A stretch of 64,000 bases of DNA from Bdellovibrionales bacterium (GTDB lineage: Bacteria > Bdellovibrionota > Bdellovibrionia > Bdellovibrionales > UBA1609), in contig CBDHDF010000007.1 in the NCBI GenBank assembly GCA_965261545.1, positions 192,001-256,000 of the forward strand. The letters are read 5' to 3'. Below the pieces are notes generated by a model, which worked only from the letters and a program-made list of their open reading frames with translations, searched no databases and was not told where the DNA came from. The first letter of the stretch is position 1. The number at the start of each line of letters is the position of its first letter. The translations under genes were made by a program, and so were the position numbers. Shown here in pieces: positions 1-11,966 of this stretch.

Positions 1-1219
<1,219 letters not shown>

Positions 1220-1294
1220 CTAGCGAAGTAAGAACGCCCATGACCCAGGAAATGAACACAGCCCATGGAAGTAAATTATAATTCCTGGGGGTGA

Positions 1295-1333
1295 ACATCT
1301 TCATGGAAGTGATTCATGATTCCATGAAGATGT
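1295..1333. terminator. Perfect 14-bp hairpin between nrdB and ligA (terminator or processing stem)
   Basis: ACATCTTCATGGAA / TTCCATGAAGATGT. A second 8-bp stem CCCAGGAA/TTCCTGGG lies at 1244-1289. Confidence 0.4.
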
Positions 1334-1353
1334 ATGACCCCACGAAGTGAAGA

Positions 1354-2352
1354 TCAGAAATTTTCATTAAAACTCACATTGCCGGGGATGCCCACTTGGT
1401 AGGCTGAAACTCGTCGCTCAAAGAAATTGGCAAGTTCTTGGGTATCCTGAAGTTCCATAAATGAGAAGGGGTTTTTCTTTTTATATTGAGCCGGAATGTT
1501 CAATCTCTCTAGGCGTTGGTCAGCAACAAATTCAAGATAATTCCTCATATCCTTCATACTCAAGCCAGCCAAACCGGGTTTTAAGAATTCACTAGCAAAT
1601 CTTATTTCGCACTCAATGGCCTCGTCCATCATAACAATCACCATATCTTTCATAGGCTGATCAAAAAGCTTAGGATCTTCTTGAGTGGCAATTTCAAAGA
1701 CTTTAAAGGCAAAGTCAATATGGGCACTTTCATCTCGAAAAACCCAGTTTGTTCCGCTGGCGAGCCCATTGAGCAGGCCCTTCGAACGCAAATAGTACAC
1801 ATAGGCAAAGGCGGCAAAGAAGAAAAGTCCTTCAATGCAGCCTGCAAAGCAAAGGAGATTCATTAAGAATCTTTTTCGATCCTGGGTCGATTCGAGCCTA
1901 TCCATGTCTTTGATGGAATCCATCCATTTAAAGCTAAAATCAGCTTTGGCTTTGATGGACTCAATATTATGAATGGCAGCAAAGGCCCACTCCCTCTCTT
2001 TCATATCTGAAATGTATGTATCTAAGAGCGTCAAATAAAATTGCACATGCAGGGCTTCTTCGTAGAGTTGGCGAGAAAGATACAGTCTAGCCTCAGGGGC
2101 ATTAACATGCTTATAGAGATTGAGAACTAAATTGTTGCCGACAATGGAGTCTCCAGTGGCAAAAAAAGCGACAAGGCGATGGATGAGAAAAGTTTCATTT
2201 TTATTGAGTTTTGAATGGAGGTCTACAATATCTGAACTGAAGTCAATTTCGTCCACGGTCCATGTATTTTTAATTCCATTTTTATACATTTCAAAAAATT
2301 CAGGATACTTCATTGGTCTGAGTGTTAAATTGAAACCTGGATCTAAAAGCAC
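1354..2352 (-). CDS. nrdB: Class Ia ribonucleotide reductase beta subunit
   Basis: FFATGDSIV, EEALHVQFY (iron ligands and radical Tyr), IEGLFF, RDESAH, NFFERRVSAY. Confidence 0.95.
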   Translation of the reverse strand: MLLDPGFNLTLRPMKYPEFFEMYKNGIKNTWTVDEIDFSSDIVDLHSKLNKNETFLIHRLVAFFATGDSIVGNNLVLNLYKHVNAPEARLYLSRQLYEEALHVQFYLTLLDTYISDMKEREWAFAAIHNIESIKAKADFSFKWMDSIKDMDRLESTQDRKRFLMNLLCFAGCIEGLFFFAAFAYVYYLRSKGLLNGLASGTNWVFRDESAHIDFAFKVFEIATQEDPKLFDQPMKDMVIVMMDEAIECEIRFASEFLKPGLAGLSMKDMRNYLEFVADQRLERLNIPAQYKKKNPFSFMELQDTQELANFFERRVSAYQVGIPGNVSFNENF

Positions 2353-2440
2353 TCTACCTCCTTTTATAATTTGTTTAAAATTATAATTTATCTAAATCAA
2401 ATGATCTCACACTTTTTCTATTTTCTCAATCACAGATACC

Positions 2441-4951
2441 CTATTGACACGCCTCACAGGATTCTGGGTTTTCCAGCGAACAAGCAATATCTTGCTGAAA
2501 AGACGACGAGTCAGAAGTTTTTTCCTGAGGTTCAGACTGTGGACCGTTGGGGGTTGTGGTTGTTATCTGTGAGATTTTCGTTGCAGGTCGCGACCGTAGA
2601 TAATAAGTGGTTTTAAGTCCCTTTTGCCATGCATGCATGTACATACTTGAGAGTTTTCCAATGGTGGGATTTTCTATGAATAAATTGAGACTTTGGCTTT
2701 GGTCAATAAAAGCTCCGCGATTGGCAGCCATATCGATGAGGGATCGTTGGGAAATCTCCCACACAGTACGAAACACATTGCGAACGTCCTCAGGAATTTC
2801 AGCAATTTCTTGAATGGACCCCTCGTGGGTTTTTATTTTTTGACGCATTTCTGCATTCCATAGCTCCAACCTTTTGAGTGTTGCCACCAAGTACTTATTG
2901 ATTTGAATAAATTCACCAGACAATGTTTCGCGTTTAAAAAGGTTAGACACTTGGGGCTCTATGGCTTCGTAAACACCTGCCACCGACGCAATGGTGGCTG
3001 TGGGAGCAATGGCAATCATGAGGGAGTTGCGCAAACCATGTTTCATAATCTGCTGACGAAGGTTCTCCCAAGGAGCGAGGTTTTTGGGTTGGATGCCCCA
3101 GCTATCAAATTGAAGTTCTCCTTTGGCGGCACGAGTTTCATAAAATGCATCATGAGGGCCATATTGTTGAGCAAGTTGGCAAGAGGCTTTGAGAGCGTGA
3201 AAGTAAATGGTTTCAGAAACTTTTTGAGAGAGAGCACGGGCCTCTTCGGAGTCAAAGGGATAACTCAACTTAAAGAAAACATCTTGGAGTCCCATGAGTC
3301 CTAGGCCCACAGGTCTCCAGCGACGATTGGAACTCTGGGCTGTTGGAATGGGATAAAAGTTGATATCCACAACACGATCTAAATATTTCATAGCCACTTC
3401 AGTGGTTTCACCAAGTTTGGTGTAGTCTATTTTTCCGTTGATCACATGGTTGGACAGGTTCACAGAACCAAGGTTGCAAACAGCGGTTTCTCCCTCCGAA
3501 GTGACTTCGAGAATCTCTGTGCATAGGTTGGAGAGGTGAATCATATTTTGAGGTTGTCCCGTTTGATTGGATTTCTGGTTGCTTGCATCTTTAAATGTGA
3601 CCCAGCCATTACCTGTTTGAGCCAATGTTTTCATCATGTGGCCGTAGAGATCGCGAGCTCGCACTTGTTTAATAAAAAGTTTTTCTTCTTCAGCTTTACA
3701 GTAGGCTTTTTCAAACTCCTCTCCGAATATTTCAAGAAAATGAGGTACAACTTTGGGGTCAAAAAGGGACCACATTTCATCGCCTTGAACTCGTTTCATG
3801 AAGAGATCGGGAATCCAGTTGGCCAAGTTCAAATTGTGGGTTCTTTGAGATTCACCCCCTGTATTGTCACGAAGTTGTAAGAACTCCTCTATGTCTCCAT
3901 GCCAACTCTCTAAATAAATGCATGCAGCTCCCTTGCGACGTCCTCCTTGATTCACCGCTTGAACGGAGGAGTCTAGGGTTTTTAACCAAGGGATCAGCCC
4001 ATTGGAGTGTCCATTGGTTCCTTGAATGAGAGAGCCACGGGATCGGACCCTTGAGAAGGAAACTCCAATACCTCCTGCGAATTTAGAGAGGAGAGCAATG
4101 TCGGTGTACTTTTTATAAATAGACTCCAAGTTATCTTGGGGCGAGTCCAGCAAATAACAGGAAGACAGTTGAGGCCTTTGAGTGGCTGAGTTGAATAAGG
4201 TGGGAGAGCTTGTCATATAGTCGAGACTTGAAAGAAGTTCGTAGAGTTCTCTTGCTTCTTCAAAACTCTGGGCGAGGCCACAGGCCACACGTAGGAAAAA
4301 ATGTTGGGTGGATTCAATAACCTTTCGTGAATGGGGGTCCTTTAAAAGGTAACGATCGTAAAGAGTACGGAGACCAAAGTACTCAAACTTTCTTGTGTGA
4401 CCCTCATCCACAATAATATTGAGGGCTTCTTTGTGTTCACGTACAAAGTTATATTTTTCTTCGGAGATAATATCTTTTTTAAAGCCATATTTCACAGAGT
4501 CATAAAAATTTCTAATGTTCTGAGTGGCGACTTCCTCATCAATAAAACGAGCGAGGAGGCGTGCCGACAGCTTGGAGTAGGAAGGCTCTTCACCAATGAG
4601 AAGAGAGGCTGTTTGAATACAGAGCTTGTCGAGTTCTGCCGTTGTGGCTCCATCGTAGAGTCCACTGATCACTTTTGTAGCGACCCTCATGGGATCGACA
4701 TCCTTGAGTCCTCCCGAGCAAGCGATGACCACATTGACAATTTTATTCACATTGACGGGCTGGAGTTCACCATTGCGCTTGCATACGCGCATGATCTTGG
4801 GGCCATCTTCTTCGTTTTCTTCATCTTCTAAAGATGTGTTGATTCGTCCTTTGTCTTCCACGGCATCTGTGGATGAAATGGCTTTGGGCTTCTCCTGGTG
4901 GGAGTGCTTGGAATAACTTGGTTCATTTTTCGAAATGGGTTCTTGATTCAT
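2441..4951 (-). CDS. nrdA: Class Ia ribonucleotide reductase alpha subunit with N-terminal ATP-cone
   Basis: VCKRNG ATP-cone, SPTLFN, QLSSCYL, SNLCTEI, APTATIAS, GLKTTYYLR, C-terminal CEAC. Confidence 0.97.
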   Translation of the reverse strand: MNQEPISKNEPSYSKHSHQEKPKAISSTDAVEDKGRINTSLEDEENEEDGPKIMRVCKRNGELQPVNVNKIVNVVIACSGGLKDVDPMRVATKVISGLYDGATTAELDKLCIQTASLLIGEEPSYSKLSARLLARFIDEEVATQNIRNFYDSVKYGFKKDIISEEKYNFVREHKEALNIIVDEGHTRKFEYFGLRTLYDRYLLKDPHSRKVIESTQHFFLRVACGLAQSFEEARELYELLSSLDYMTSSPTLFNSATQRPQLSSCYLLDSPQDNLESIYKKYTDIALLSKFAGGIGVSFSRVRSRGSLIQGTNGHSNGLIPWLKTLDSSVQAVNQGGRRKGAACIYLESWHGDIEEFLQLRDNTGGESQRTHNLNLANWIPDLFMKRVQGDEMWSLFDPKVVPHFLEIFGEEFEKAYCKAEEEKLFIKQVRARDLYGHMMKTLAQTGNGWVTFKDASNQKSNQTGQPQNMIHLSNLCTEILEVTSEGETAVCNLGSVNLSNHVINGKIDYTKLGETTEVAMKYLDRVVDINFYPIPTAQSSNRRWRPVGLGLMGLQDVFFKLSYPFDSEEARALSQKVSETIYFHALKASCQLAQQYGPHDAFYETRAAKGELQFDSWGIQPKNLAPWENLRQQIMKHGLRNSLMIAIAPTATIASVAGVYEAIEPQVSNLFKRETLSGEFIQINKYLVATLKRLELWNAEMRQKIKTHEGSIQEIAEIPEDVRNVFRTVWEISQRSLIDMAANRGAFIDQSQSLNLFIENPTIGKLSSMYMHAWQKGLKTTYYLRSRPATKISQITTTTPNGPQSEPQEKTSDSSSFQQDIACSLENPESCEACQ

Positions 4952-5179
4952 GGTCCCTCCCTATGTGTCTGAGGATTAGAATAAGGACGGGAGTAGGATG
5001 TCGTCTAGATTTTTTTTGGATTTTATTTTTTTAATACTTTGCAATAGCTGTTATGGAGTTGTGGAGGCTCTGTTGACGAGCTTCGTAGAAGGCTCTGCAG
5101 TCTCATTTCAAATATTCTTCAAGTCTCCGTGGCAAGGAGCTTTCAATGCACATTTCCACGCATTCTTGACAAGCTGCTT

Positions 5180-5920
5180 TCAAGGATGGCTTTGGGAGTA
5201 GTTATGCAGTGCAATACTAGCTGCGGACACAGCGTTAAGAGAATCGATGCCCGGCGCCATAGAAATGGCAATTTTTGTGGCGTGGAGGTGGGGAGGGAGC
5301 CCTTGCCCTTCTTCCCCCATGAGCAAGCGGAGATTTCGTGGCCATTTCCAGCTTTCTATTTTCTTTCCTTGGCAACTTAAGGCGATGACGTCAAAGTCCA
5401 GGCGATTTATAGGGGGCCCCTTTTCAAGAGGGATATGGAAAATGGATCCACTGGAACTGCGAATAGTTTTAGGGTGAAAAGGGTGGGCGGCTTCTTCCAG
5501 TAGAATGAGTTTACGGGCTTTAAATGCATGGCAGCACCGAGCCAAAGCTCCTACATTTTGAGGGTCCCCAAGGCCACAGACAACTTCGAGGCCCACAGGG
5601 GGGCATTGAGTTGAAAAGTGTTTTATTTCTGGCACTTTGGCTATGAGCAAAGGAGCTTGAGTGCCAAAGATATCCAGTTTGTTAAACAGGTTTTGAGGCA
5701 GAGCGTAGTGAGGAATCAGTGAATTCCCAACGAGGTGCATTATTTCTTTGGAGAAGATGAATTCCACGGCAAGGTGGGGACGCTTGTTGATAAGCTCGCG
5801 CACAACCTTGGGTCCACTAACAAGGCACTGGGAGTGCTTTTGAATGCCTCTTCGACTTTGGAGGCTCACCCAGCGTTTGTAGTGGCGATTTTGGGAGCTT
5901 TGAACTTGTTTTATTTGCAC
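5180..5920 (-). CDS. TrmH/SpoU-family RNA methyltransferase
   Basis: DPQNVGALAR, MGEEGQGL and DSLNAVSAASIAL SPOUT motifs. Confidence 0.9.
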   Translation of the reverse strand: MQIKQVQSSQNRHYKRWVSLQSRRGIQKHSQCLVSGPKVVRELINKRPHLAVEFIFSKEIMHLVGNSLIPHYALPQNLFNKLDIFGTQAPLLIAKVPEIKHFSTQCPPVGLEVVCGLGDPQNVGALARCCHAFKARKLILLEEAAHPFHPKTIRSSSGSIFHIPLEKGPPINRLDFDVIALSCQGKKIESWKWPRNLRLLMGEEGQGLPPHLHATKIAISMAPGIDSLNAVSAASIALHNYSQSHP

Positions 5921-6020
5921 TTTCCCTCGCTTACAAACTTTTTCCTCGTTTACAAACTTTTGCCTACAGTCTCTTGCCTATAAAAAGAGGTTGAACCATT
6001 ACTAAACCTTATTATATACA

Positions 6021-7361
6021 TTGTACATGTCACCTCAAGCTCCTATGACACTAGAAGACCGGGGGGTCTATATTTCCACCTATGGTTGCCAAATGAATGT
6101 CAACGATACGGAGAGGATGTATACCCTTCTTGAAATGTCCAACTATGTCCCCGTGAGTTCTCCTGACCAGGCCAGTGTTATCATTATTAATTCTTGTAGT
6201 ATTCGTGAAAAACCCGTTCACAAGGTCCACTCAGAGGTGGGGCGCTATAAGAAATTGAAAAAGCAAAAACCCCACTTAAAAATTGGAGTGGGAGGCTGTG
6301 TGGCTCAACAAGAAAAAAAGCGTCTTCTCAAAGACATTCCCATGATTGACTTTGTCTTTGGCACCGATACCATTGATGATTTGCCGACTCTCTTAAGAAA
6401 GTTGCATCATTCAGATGAGAGGATTGTATCCGCACGCTTTGACTATCAAAACCCCTATCAAGTGGAGACCTTGGTGAGAAACCCCGGAGTTTCAGCCTTT
6501 GTGAACATTACCAAGGGTTGTGATAATTTTTGTACTTTTTGCGTGGTTCCTTTCACTCGGGGGCGGGAGCGTAGCCGTGCTTTGAGTGAGGTTGTCCAAG
6601 ACATTCACCAGTTGGTGGCCAGGGGAGTGAAAGAGGTGACCTTGTTGGGGCAAAATGTCAATTCCTACCAATCCTCCTGTGGTGCTCCTTTTGCCGAGCT
6701 ATTGCGCTCTCTCGCCTTAGAAACGGGCATTGAGCGCATTCGCTATACCACCAGCCACCCCAAGGATTTTGATCTTCTCTTGATGGAAACCATGCAGTCT
6801 TATAGAGAAAAGATTTGCGAGTATATTCATCTTCCCGTTCAGTCGGGTAATTCAGAAGTTTTAGAGCGGATGAATCGAGGTTACACTCGTGAAGAGTATA
6901 TACATAAAGCCCACCTTATTTTAGAAAAGATTTCAGGAGCCACTCTTTCCACAGATATTATTGTTGGTTTTCCCGGTGAGACGGAGGAGCAATTTCAGGA
7001 TACCATGACCCTTATGGATGTGGTTCCCTACGAAAGCATTTATGCCTTTAAATACAGTCCCCGACCCTTGACAAAGGCTGCCAGGTATCAAGAACAGGTT
7101 CCCGAAACTGTAAAGTCAGATCGCTTAAATCGCTTATTTGAAAAACATCGTCAAATAGGTCTCAAGCTATGCCAAAAATATGTGGGCATGGAGTTGGATG
7201 TTCTTGTGGAGAGTTATGATTGTGATTTAAAGCGTATCCATGGGCGCTCCACCCAAAATAAAGTGGTTCACGCCAAGGGCCATGGGGAGATGGTGGGCAC
7301 AACAGTCAAAGTTAAGGTCTTGGAAGCTTTTCCTCAAACATTGAGAGGGGTGATTTTGTGA
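6021..7361 (+). CDS. miaB: tRNA methylthiotransferase MiaB
   Basis: TYGCQMNVND, NSCSIRE, radical SAM CDNFCTFC, TTSHP, C-terminal TRAM domain. Confidence 0.95.
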   Translation: MYMSPQAPMTLEDRGVYISTYGCQMNVNDTERMYTLLEMSNYVPVSSPDQASVIIINSCSIREKPVHKVHSEVGRYKKLKKQKPHLKIGVGGCVAQQEKKRLLKDIPMIDFVFGTDTIDDLPTLLRKLHHSDERIVSARFDYQNPYQVETLVRNPGVSAFVNITKGCDNFCTFCVVPFTRGRERSRALSEVVQDIHQLVARGVKEVTLLGQNVNSYQSSCGAPFAELLRSLALETGIERIRYTTSHPKDFDLLLMETMQSYREKICEYIHLPVQSGNSEVLERMNRGYTREEYIHKAHLILEKISGATLSTDIIVGFPGETEEQFQDTMTLMDVVPYESIYAFKYSPRPLTKAARYQEQVPETVKSDRLNRLFEKHRQIGLKLCQKYVGMELDVLVESYDCDLKRIHGRSTQNKVVHAKGHGEMVGTTVKVKVLEAFPQTLRGVIL

Positions 7362-7891
7362 GAGATGATTTTGCGATGAAACATACGGAGGAAGAGGGAG
7401 GGGAGGAAGAAAAGTGGCTGGAGCTTTTTCCCTACGGAGTCACTTTTGATTCCGATGGTTTTGCATCTCCAGAGCGTCCTGTGATGTTTTTTAGAGATAA
7501 AGAAGAAACTCATACTTTGCCTGTTTGGTTGAGTCCTTTGGATGCTGGAATTCTTCTCTGTCAGCAAGATAAAAGATCCATTTCGAAAAATCCCCATAAC
7601 CTGTCTTTAAAACTTATCAAGTCCTTGGGTATTGATTTAGAAAGATGTGTTTTTGTGGATATCAAGGGACATCATCAATATGTAGACCTTCACTTTGCGG
7701 GAGCCAGTCAGTTAACCAAAGTAAGAAGTCGTGCCGATGAGGCCATTTCCTTTTGTTTGAGTGCGAATGTGAAGTTTTACTGTCAACTATCTTTTATTGA
7801 GCGTTGCCGTGTTATAGATGCTCAACTGCTTCATCAAGCACCTTTTGTAGACTCCAAATATGGAGGAGTACGTCCCACTTACTTTAATTGA
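7358..7891 (+). CDS. Bifunctional nuclease / DUF151-like protein
   Basis: P-VMF...LPVWL...PHNL...SRADEAI resembles DUF151; overlaps the miaB stop. Confidence 0.65.
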   Translation: MRDDFAMKHTEEEGGEEEKWLELFPYGVTFDSDGFASPERPVMFFRDKEETHTLPVWLSPLDAGILLCQQDKRSISKNPHNLSLKLIKSLGIDLERCVFVDIKGHHQYVDLHFAGASQLTKVRSRADEAISFCLSANVKFYCQLSFIERCRVIDAQLLHQAPFVDSKYGGVRPTYFN

Positions 7892-8447
7892 GGAGTATGT
7901 CATAATAGAGTCCGTGAAAGAAAAAACTCCCCAGCAGGGTGAAGGATGTTTTATAGCTCCCTCCGCCGATGTCATTGGTGATGTGGTGGTAGGGGCTCAT
8001 TCCTCCATTTGGCATCGCTGCGTTTTGAGAGGGGATGTCATGCCCATAAGAATTGGGGAAATGTCCAATGTACAAGATGGGTCCATCCTCCACGGCTCCT
8101 TTGGAGCCCATGGAGTGACTGTTGGGAGCAGAGTTTCTGTGGGGCATGGAGTGATTCTCCACGGCTGCTGTATTCACAATGAGTGTCTTATTGGCATGGG
8201 AAGTATTCTCATGGATGGGTGCGAGGTGGGAGAGCTTAGTTTGGTGGGGGCAGGTTCTTTATTGACGGAGAACTCTAAGTTTGAGGGCGGACAACTTATT
8301 CTAGGTCGCCCCGCCAAAGTGATGCGACCTTTGACAGAAAAGGAAAAGGCTGTTGTGAGTGGAAGAGCGGATGAGTACAAGGTTTATATGGGTTGGTACC
8401 AAGGAAGAGATGAGGAGGTAGTGAATTCAGGAGGACTTCATGGGTAA
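7860..8447 (+). CDS. Gamma carbonic anhydrase family (hexapeptide repeat) protein
   Basis: IAPSADVIGDV, VLRGD, SNVQDG, VGHGVILHGC. Confidence 0.9.
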   Translation: MEEYVPLTLIEEYVIIESVKEKTPQQGEGCFIAPSADVIGDVVVGAHSSIWHRCVLRGDVMPIRIGEMSNVQDGSILHGSFGAHGVTVGSRVSVGHGVILHGCCIHNECLIGMGSILMDGCEVGELSLVGAGSLLTENSKFEGGQLILGRPAKVMRPLTEKEKAVVSGRADEYKVYMGWYQGRDEEVVNSGGLHG

Positions 8448-9945
8448 GGTCGATAAGGTTGATGAAGTTAATAAAATCGATGAAGTTGATAAAGTTTCAT
8501 CTTCCATGGCTTTCACCTTTGATGACTTGCTTCTCGTGCCCCAATATTCAGAAGTGATTCCTTCCCAGGTTTCCACGGAGATGCCCTTTGGCAAGGATAT
8601 GGTTTTAAACACTCCTGTTTTATCAGCGGCCATGGACACTGTGACTGAAAGTCGATTGGCTATTGTCATGGCTCAGCAGGGAGGTCTTGGAGTTATTCAC
8701 AAGAATATCTCCATTGAGCAGCAAAGTCTTGAGGTGGAAAGAGTCAAAAAATATGAAAGTGGCATGATTATAAAGCCTATCACCATGTCGCCAGAGCAGT
8801 CGGTGGCAGAGGCTTTGGAGATGATGAAGCAGTGCTCAATCAGTGGTTTTCCTGTCACGACAGATGGAATTCTCGTTGGTATTCTCACCAATCGAGATCT
8901 TCGCTTTGAAGCGAATGTAAACCAGCCCATTGCCAATGTGATGACTCAAGAAAACCTTGTGACGGCAGAAGTTGGAACCACCTTGGAACAAGCTAAGAAA
9001 ATTCTCCATAAAAATCGTATTGAAAAATTGCCTGTGGTGGATACAAAGGGTCGCCTCAAGGGCTTGGTTACAATCAAAGATATTGAAAAATCCAAGGCCT
9101 TTCCTCTGGCCTCTAAAGATCGTGGCGGAAGGCTCTTGGCGGGAGCCGCCGTGGGTGTGGGCAATCGTTCTCAAGAGAGGGCCGAGGCCCTTGTTGAGGC
9201 TGGAGTGGATGTTCTTGTGGTGGATACCGCCCACGGCCACTCCAAAAATGTTCTTAATATGGTGGAGTACTTGAGTCAACGCCATAAGGACATTGTCATT
9301 GTAGGTGGAAATGTGGTGACATCCCATGCAACACAAGCCCTTATAAACAAAGGAGTCGATGTTGTAAAGGTGGGTGTTGGGCCAGGTAGCATTTGCACCA
9401 CAAGGATTGTTGCGGGCGTGGGGATGCCCCAAGCTTCAGCTATTATGGAGTGCGCAGAAACGGCGAGACAACTTGGAAAATCCATTATTGCTGATGGCGG
9501 AATTAAGTTTGCGGGAGATGTGACCAAGGCTCTAGCTCTTGGGGCCAGCTCTGTGATGGTGGGAAGTTTGCTGGCGGGAGCTGATGAAAGTCCGGGGGAG
9601 ACTGTTTTGTACCAAGGGCGTGCCTATAAGGTTTACCGTGGTATGGGAAGTTTGGGAGCTATGAAGGATGGTTCTAAAGATCGCTATTTTCAAGAAGATA
9701 TTTCTGATTATGAAAAGTTTATTCCCGAAGGAATTGAAGGTCGGGTTCCCTACAAAGGGCCCATCCATGTGATTCTCCACCAGCTTGTAGGGGGACTAAA
9801 GTCAGGGATGGGTTACTTAGGGGCTCACTCAATTCCTGACCTGCAAAAGAAAGCTCAATTTGTAAAAATCAGTCAGCAGGGCTTAAGGGAGTCCCATGTC
9901 CACGATGTAAGTATCACCAAGGAGGCTCCCAATTACCGCTTGTAG
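8440..9945 (+). CDS. guaB: IMP dehydrogenase
   Basis: TFDDLLL, SAAMDTVTE, CBS pair, GPGSICTTR, YRGMGS, PEGIEG. Confidence 0.98.
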   Translation: MGKVDKVDEVNKIDEVDKVSSSMAFTFDDLLLVPQYSEVIPSQVSTEMPFGKDMVLNTPVLSAAMDTVTESRLAIVMAQQGGLGVIHKNISIEQQSLEVERVKKYESGMIIKPITMSPEQSVAEALEMMKQCSISGFPVTTDGILVGILTNRDLRFEANVNQPIANVMTQENLVTAEVGTTLEQAKKILHKNRIEKLPVVDTKGRLKGLVTIKDIEKSKAFPLASKDRGGRLLAGAAVGVGNRSQERAEALVEAGVDVLVVDTAHGHSKNVLNMVEYLSQRHKDIVIVGGNVVTSHATQALINKGVDVVKVGVGPGSICTTRIVAGVGMPQASAIMECAETARQLGKSIIADGGIKFAGDVTKALALGASSVMVGSLLAGADESPGETVLYQGRAYKVYRGMGSLGAMKDGSKDRYFQEDISDYEKFIPEGIEGRVPYKGPIHVILHQLVGGLKSGMGYLGAHSIPDLQKKAQFVKISQQGLRESHVHDVSITKEAPNYRL

Positions 9946-9947
9946 GG

Positions 9948-10226
9948 TTATGGTACCTTTATAGACATATCTATTGAGGGGCACAACTGACAAGAAAGTC
10001 TTTCTTTTTCTGTAAAGCTTCGGGTTTCTGCCATTTCTTTTTCGAGTTCATTTCTTGGCGGAAGTTTTTGAGGTTTGTCCACATAGACTCGGCAAGTTCC
10101 ACAGCTTCCCATCCCTCCGCAAGAGTGTGAAATTTCAATATCATGACCTAAGAGAAGTTGAAGGAGGCTTTCGTCGTCCTTGGCTTCAAGGTCTAAACCC
10201 ATGGGCTCCACTCTTACTTTAGGCAC
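9948..10226 (-). CDS. 2Fe-2S ferredoxin
   Basis: HSCGGMGSCGTCRV...RLSCQ. Confidence 0.92.
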   Translation of the reverse strand: MPKVRVEPMGLDLEAKDDESLLQLLLGHDIEISHSCGGMGSCGTCRVYVDKPQKLPPRNELEKEMAETRSFTEKERLSCQLCPSIDMSIKVP

Positions 10227-10227
10227 C

Positions 10228-11112
10228 TTAAGATGGTCCTTTCGAAGCAGGTGGTTCTTTGGAGGTGAAGCCAGAGGTGGCGTCGGAGCTAGAAGTGGCC
10301 TTGGAGGCAGAGGTCGAATGGTGGGAGCTTTTTGTATGCTCCTTTAATATTGTGTAGAAATCAACGCAGCGGTGATATTTTTTGCAAAGCTGATGCCACT
10401 TGCGCCTCAGAAATTGTGAGGGTAGCATAGATGAAGGTTGGCTGGATAAGGGCCAGAGAGATGAGGGCTCATGGTGAAAAACTTTGCAGGACTCTCTTGA
10501 CGAGAGCCCCCTGTCGTCATGGGATACTAAGGGTGGGTCTATGGAGTAGGGAATAAGCCCATGGGTCCAATATTCATACAGTTGGTGGTCGGCATAGAGA
10601 ACCATGCGAGGGATTTTTTCCATAAGGATTTGAGCCCCCCGGCGAGTGATGACATAGGCCAGCGCCCCTGAGTCTGGGGGATACATCAAGCCCAAGGAGC
10701 GACCGCCCTTCATTTTGCGAAGAGGGACATATTTGCGACGGACCTTCACACGGTGCAAGCGGATGATGTCAAAATCACCGGCCTCACCTCTTTCTATTTG
10801 TTGAAGCACTGTGGGCAGGTCGTCTTTGATACAAAGGTCATCCTCTAAAATGAGAGCCATATCGTTGGGGCCATGAACTACTTTTTCATGGGCGAGCCGG
10901 TGGCTGATCCAACAGCCAATATCTCCAGGAGTCACCCTCACTCCCTGTCGAACTTGCTCTTTATGGTCCACGAGAGATTGATGGGAACTTGTTAAGTCTC
11001 GCCAGTGAATAGCGGAAAGGCGTTCCCAGGAAAGACCGAGTTCATCGAGCCGTTGGGTTGTGCGTTGAAGGCGCAGCCTGTCTTCGTCAAGGTTGATAAG
11101 AATAATTCGCAT
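10228..11112 (-). CDS. Glycosyltransferase family 25 (LOS/LPS biosynthesis)
   Basis: INL...R, GDIGCWISH, ILEDD, AYVITRRGA. Confidence 0.9.
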   Translation of the reverse strand: MRIILINLDEDRLRLQRTTQRLDELGLSWERLSAIHWRDLTSSHQSLVDHKEQVRQGVRVTPGDIGCWISHRLAHEKVVHGPNDMALILEDDLCIKDDLPTVLQQIERGEAGDFDIIRLHRVKVRRKYVPLRKMKGGRSLGLMYPPDSGALAYVITRRGAQILMEKIPRMVLYADHQLYEYWTHGLIPYSIDPPLVSHDDRGLSSRESCKVFHHEPSSLWPLSSQPSSMLPSQFLRRKWHQLCKKYHRCVDFYTILKEHTKSSHHSTSASKATSSSDATSGFTSKEPPASKGPS

Positions 11113-11133
11113 ATTGTTCGCTGTTCTTGTTCA

Positions 11134-11904
11134 CTAAGAGTCTTTGGAGTTCTCAAAGTTCGCCTTTGTTAATTTTAACATTTTATAAAAATCGGCTTGG
11201 TAATGATACTTTCTACAAAGTTGGTAAAACTTTCTTCTCATAAACTGTGAGAGATTCGCCGGCCGAGGTTTAGTGCTTGAGGTGGTGATGGAAGAGTGTC
11301 CCCCGTCCTTGTGCAGCACCACAGGGGGGTCTATGGAGAGGGGAATAAGGCCATGAATGTGATGCTGAGTGAGTTGGTGATCGGCAGAGCGAACCATGCG
11401 AGGAACCTTTTTCATAAGTGTTTGAGCCGCTCGGCGAGTGATCACATAGGCTTGGGTGCCAAGGTCCGCAGGGCGAACAAAGCCGAGGCTGCGTTCCTTT
11501 CCGATTTGGCGAACCGGCACGTATGGACGGTGGGTTCGGAAGCGATGCAGTCGAATGATGTCAAAGGAACCGATCTCCCCTCGTTCTATCTGCTCCAAAA
11601 CTTCGGGGAGGTCTTCTTGAATTTCAATATCATCTTCCATAATGAGGCCCATCTCGCCAGGTCCCTTGGCCACTTTTTGGTGGGCCAAACGATGGCTCAT
11701 CCAACAGCCAATCTCTCCGGGGAAAACCATAATCCCTTGGGCCTCCTGCCGCTCTCGGTTTACAAGAGCGTGGTGCTCCTCTGTCAAATTTCGCCAGTGA
11801 ATGGCAGGAAGGCGTTCCCAGGAAAGGCCAAGTGCACTGAGCCTTTGGGTCGTACGCTGAAGTCGCTCCTTGTCTTCATCGAGATTGATGACCATAATTT
11901 CCAT
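11134..11904 (-). CDS. Glycosyltransferase family 25, tandem paralogue
   Basis: GEIGCWMSH, IMEDD, AYVITRRAA; colinear similarity to the 10228-11112 gene. Confidence 0.9.
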   Translation of the reverse strand: MEIMVINLDEDKERLQRTTQRLSALGLSWERLPAIHWRNLTEEHHALVNRERQEAQGIMVFPGEIGCWMSHRLAHQKVAKGPGEMGLIMEDDIEIQEDLPEVLEQIERGEIGSFDIIRLHRFRTHRPYVPVRQIGKERSLGFVRPADLGTQAYVITRRAAQTLMKKVPRMVRSADHQLTQHHIHGLIPLSIDPPVVLHKDGGHSSITTSSTKPRPANLSQFMRRKFYQLCRKYHYQADFYKMLKLTKANFENSKDS

Positions 11905-11966
11905 GGCAGACTCTATATTCTTTCTCTTTCAGAGGGGCAAGGGCGAGCAGTTACGAGTAAGTATCT

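Noticed and set aside
4952..5180. NrdR boxes upstream of nrdA
   Set aside because: No convincing match to the consensus by eye.
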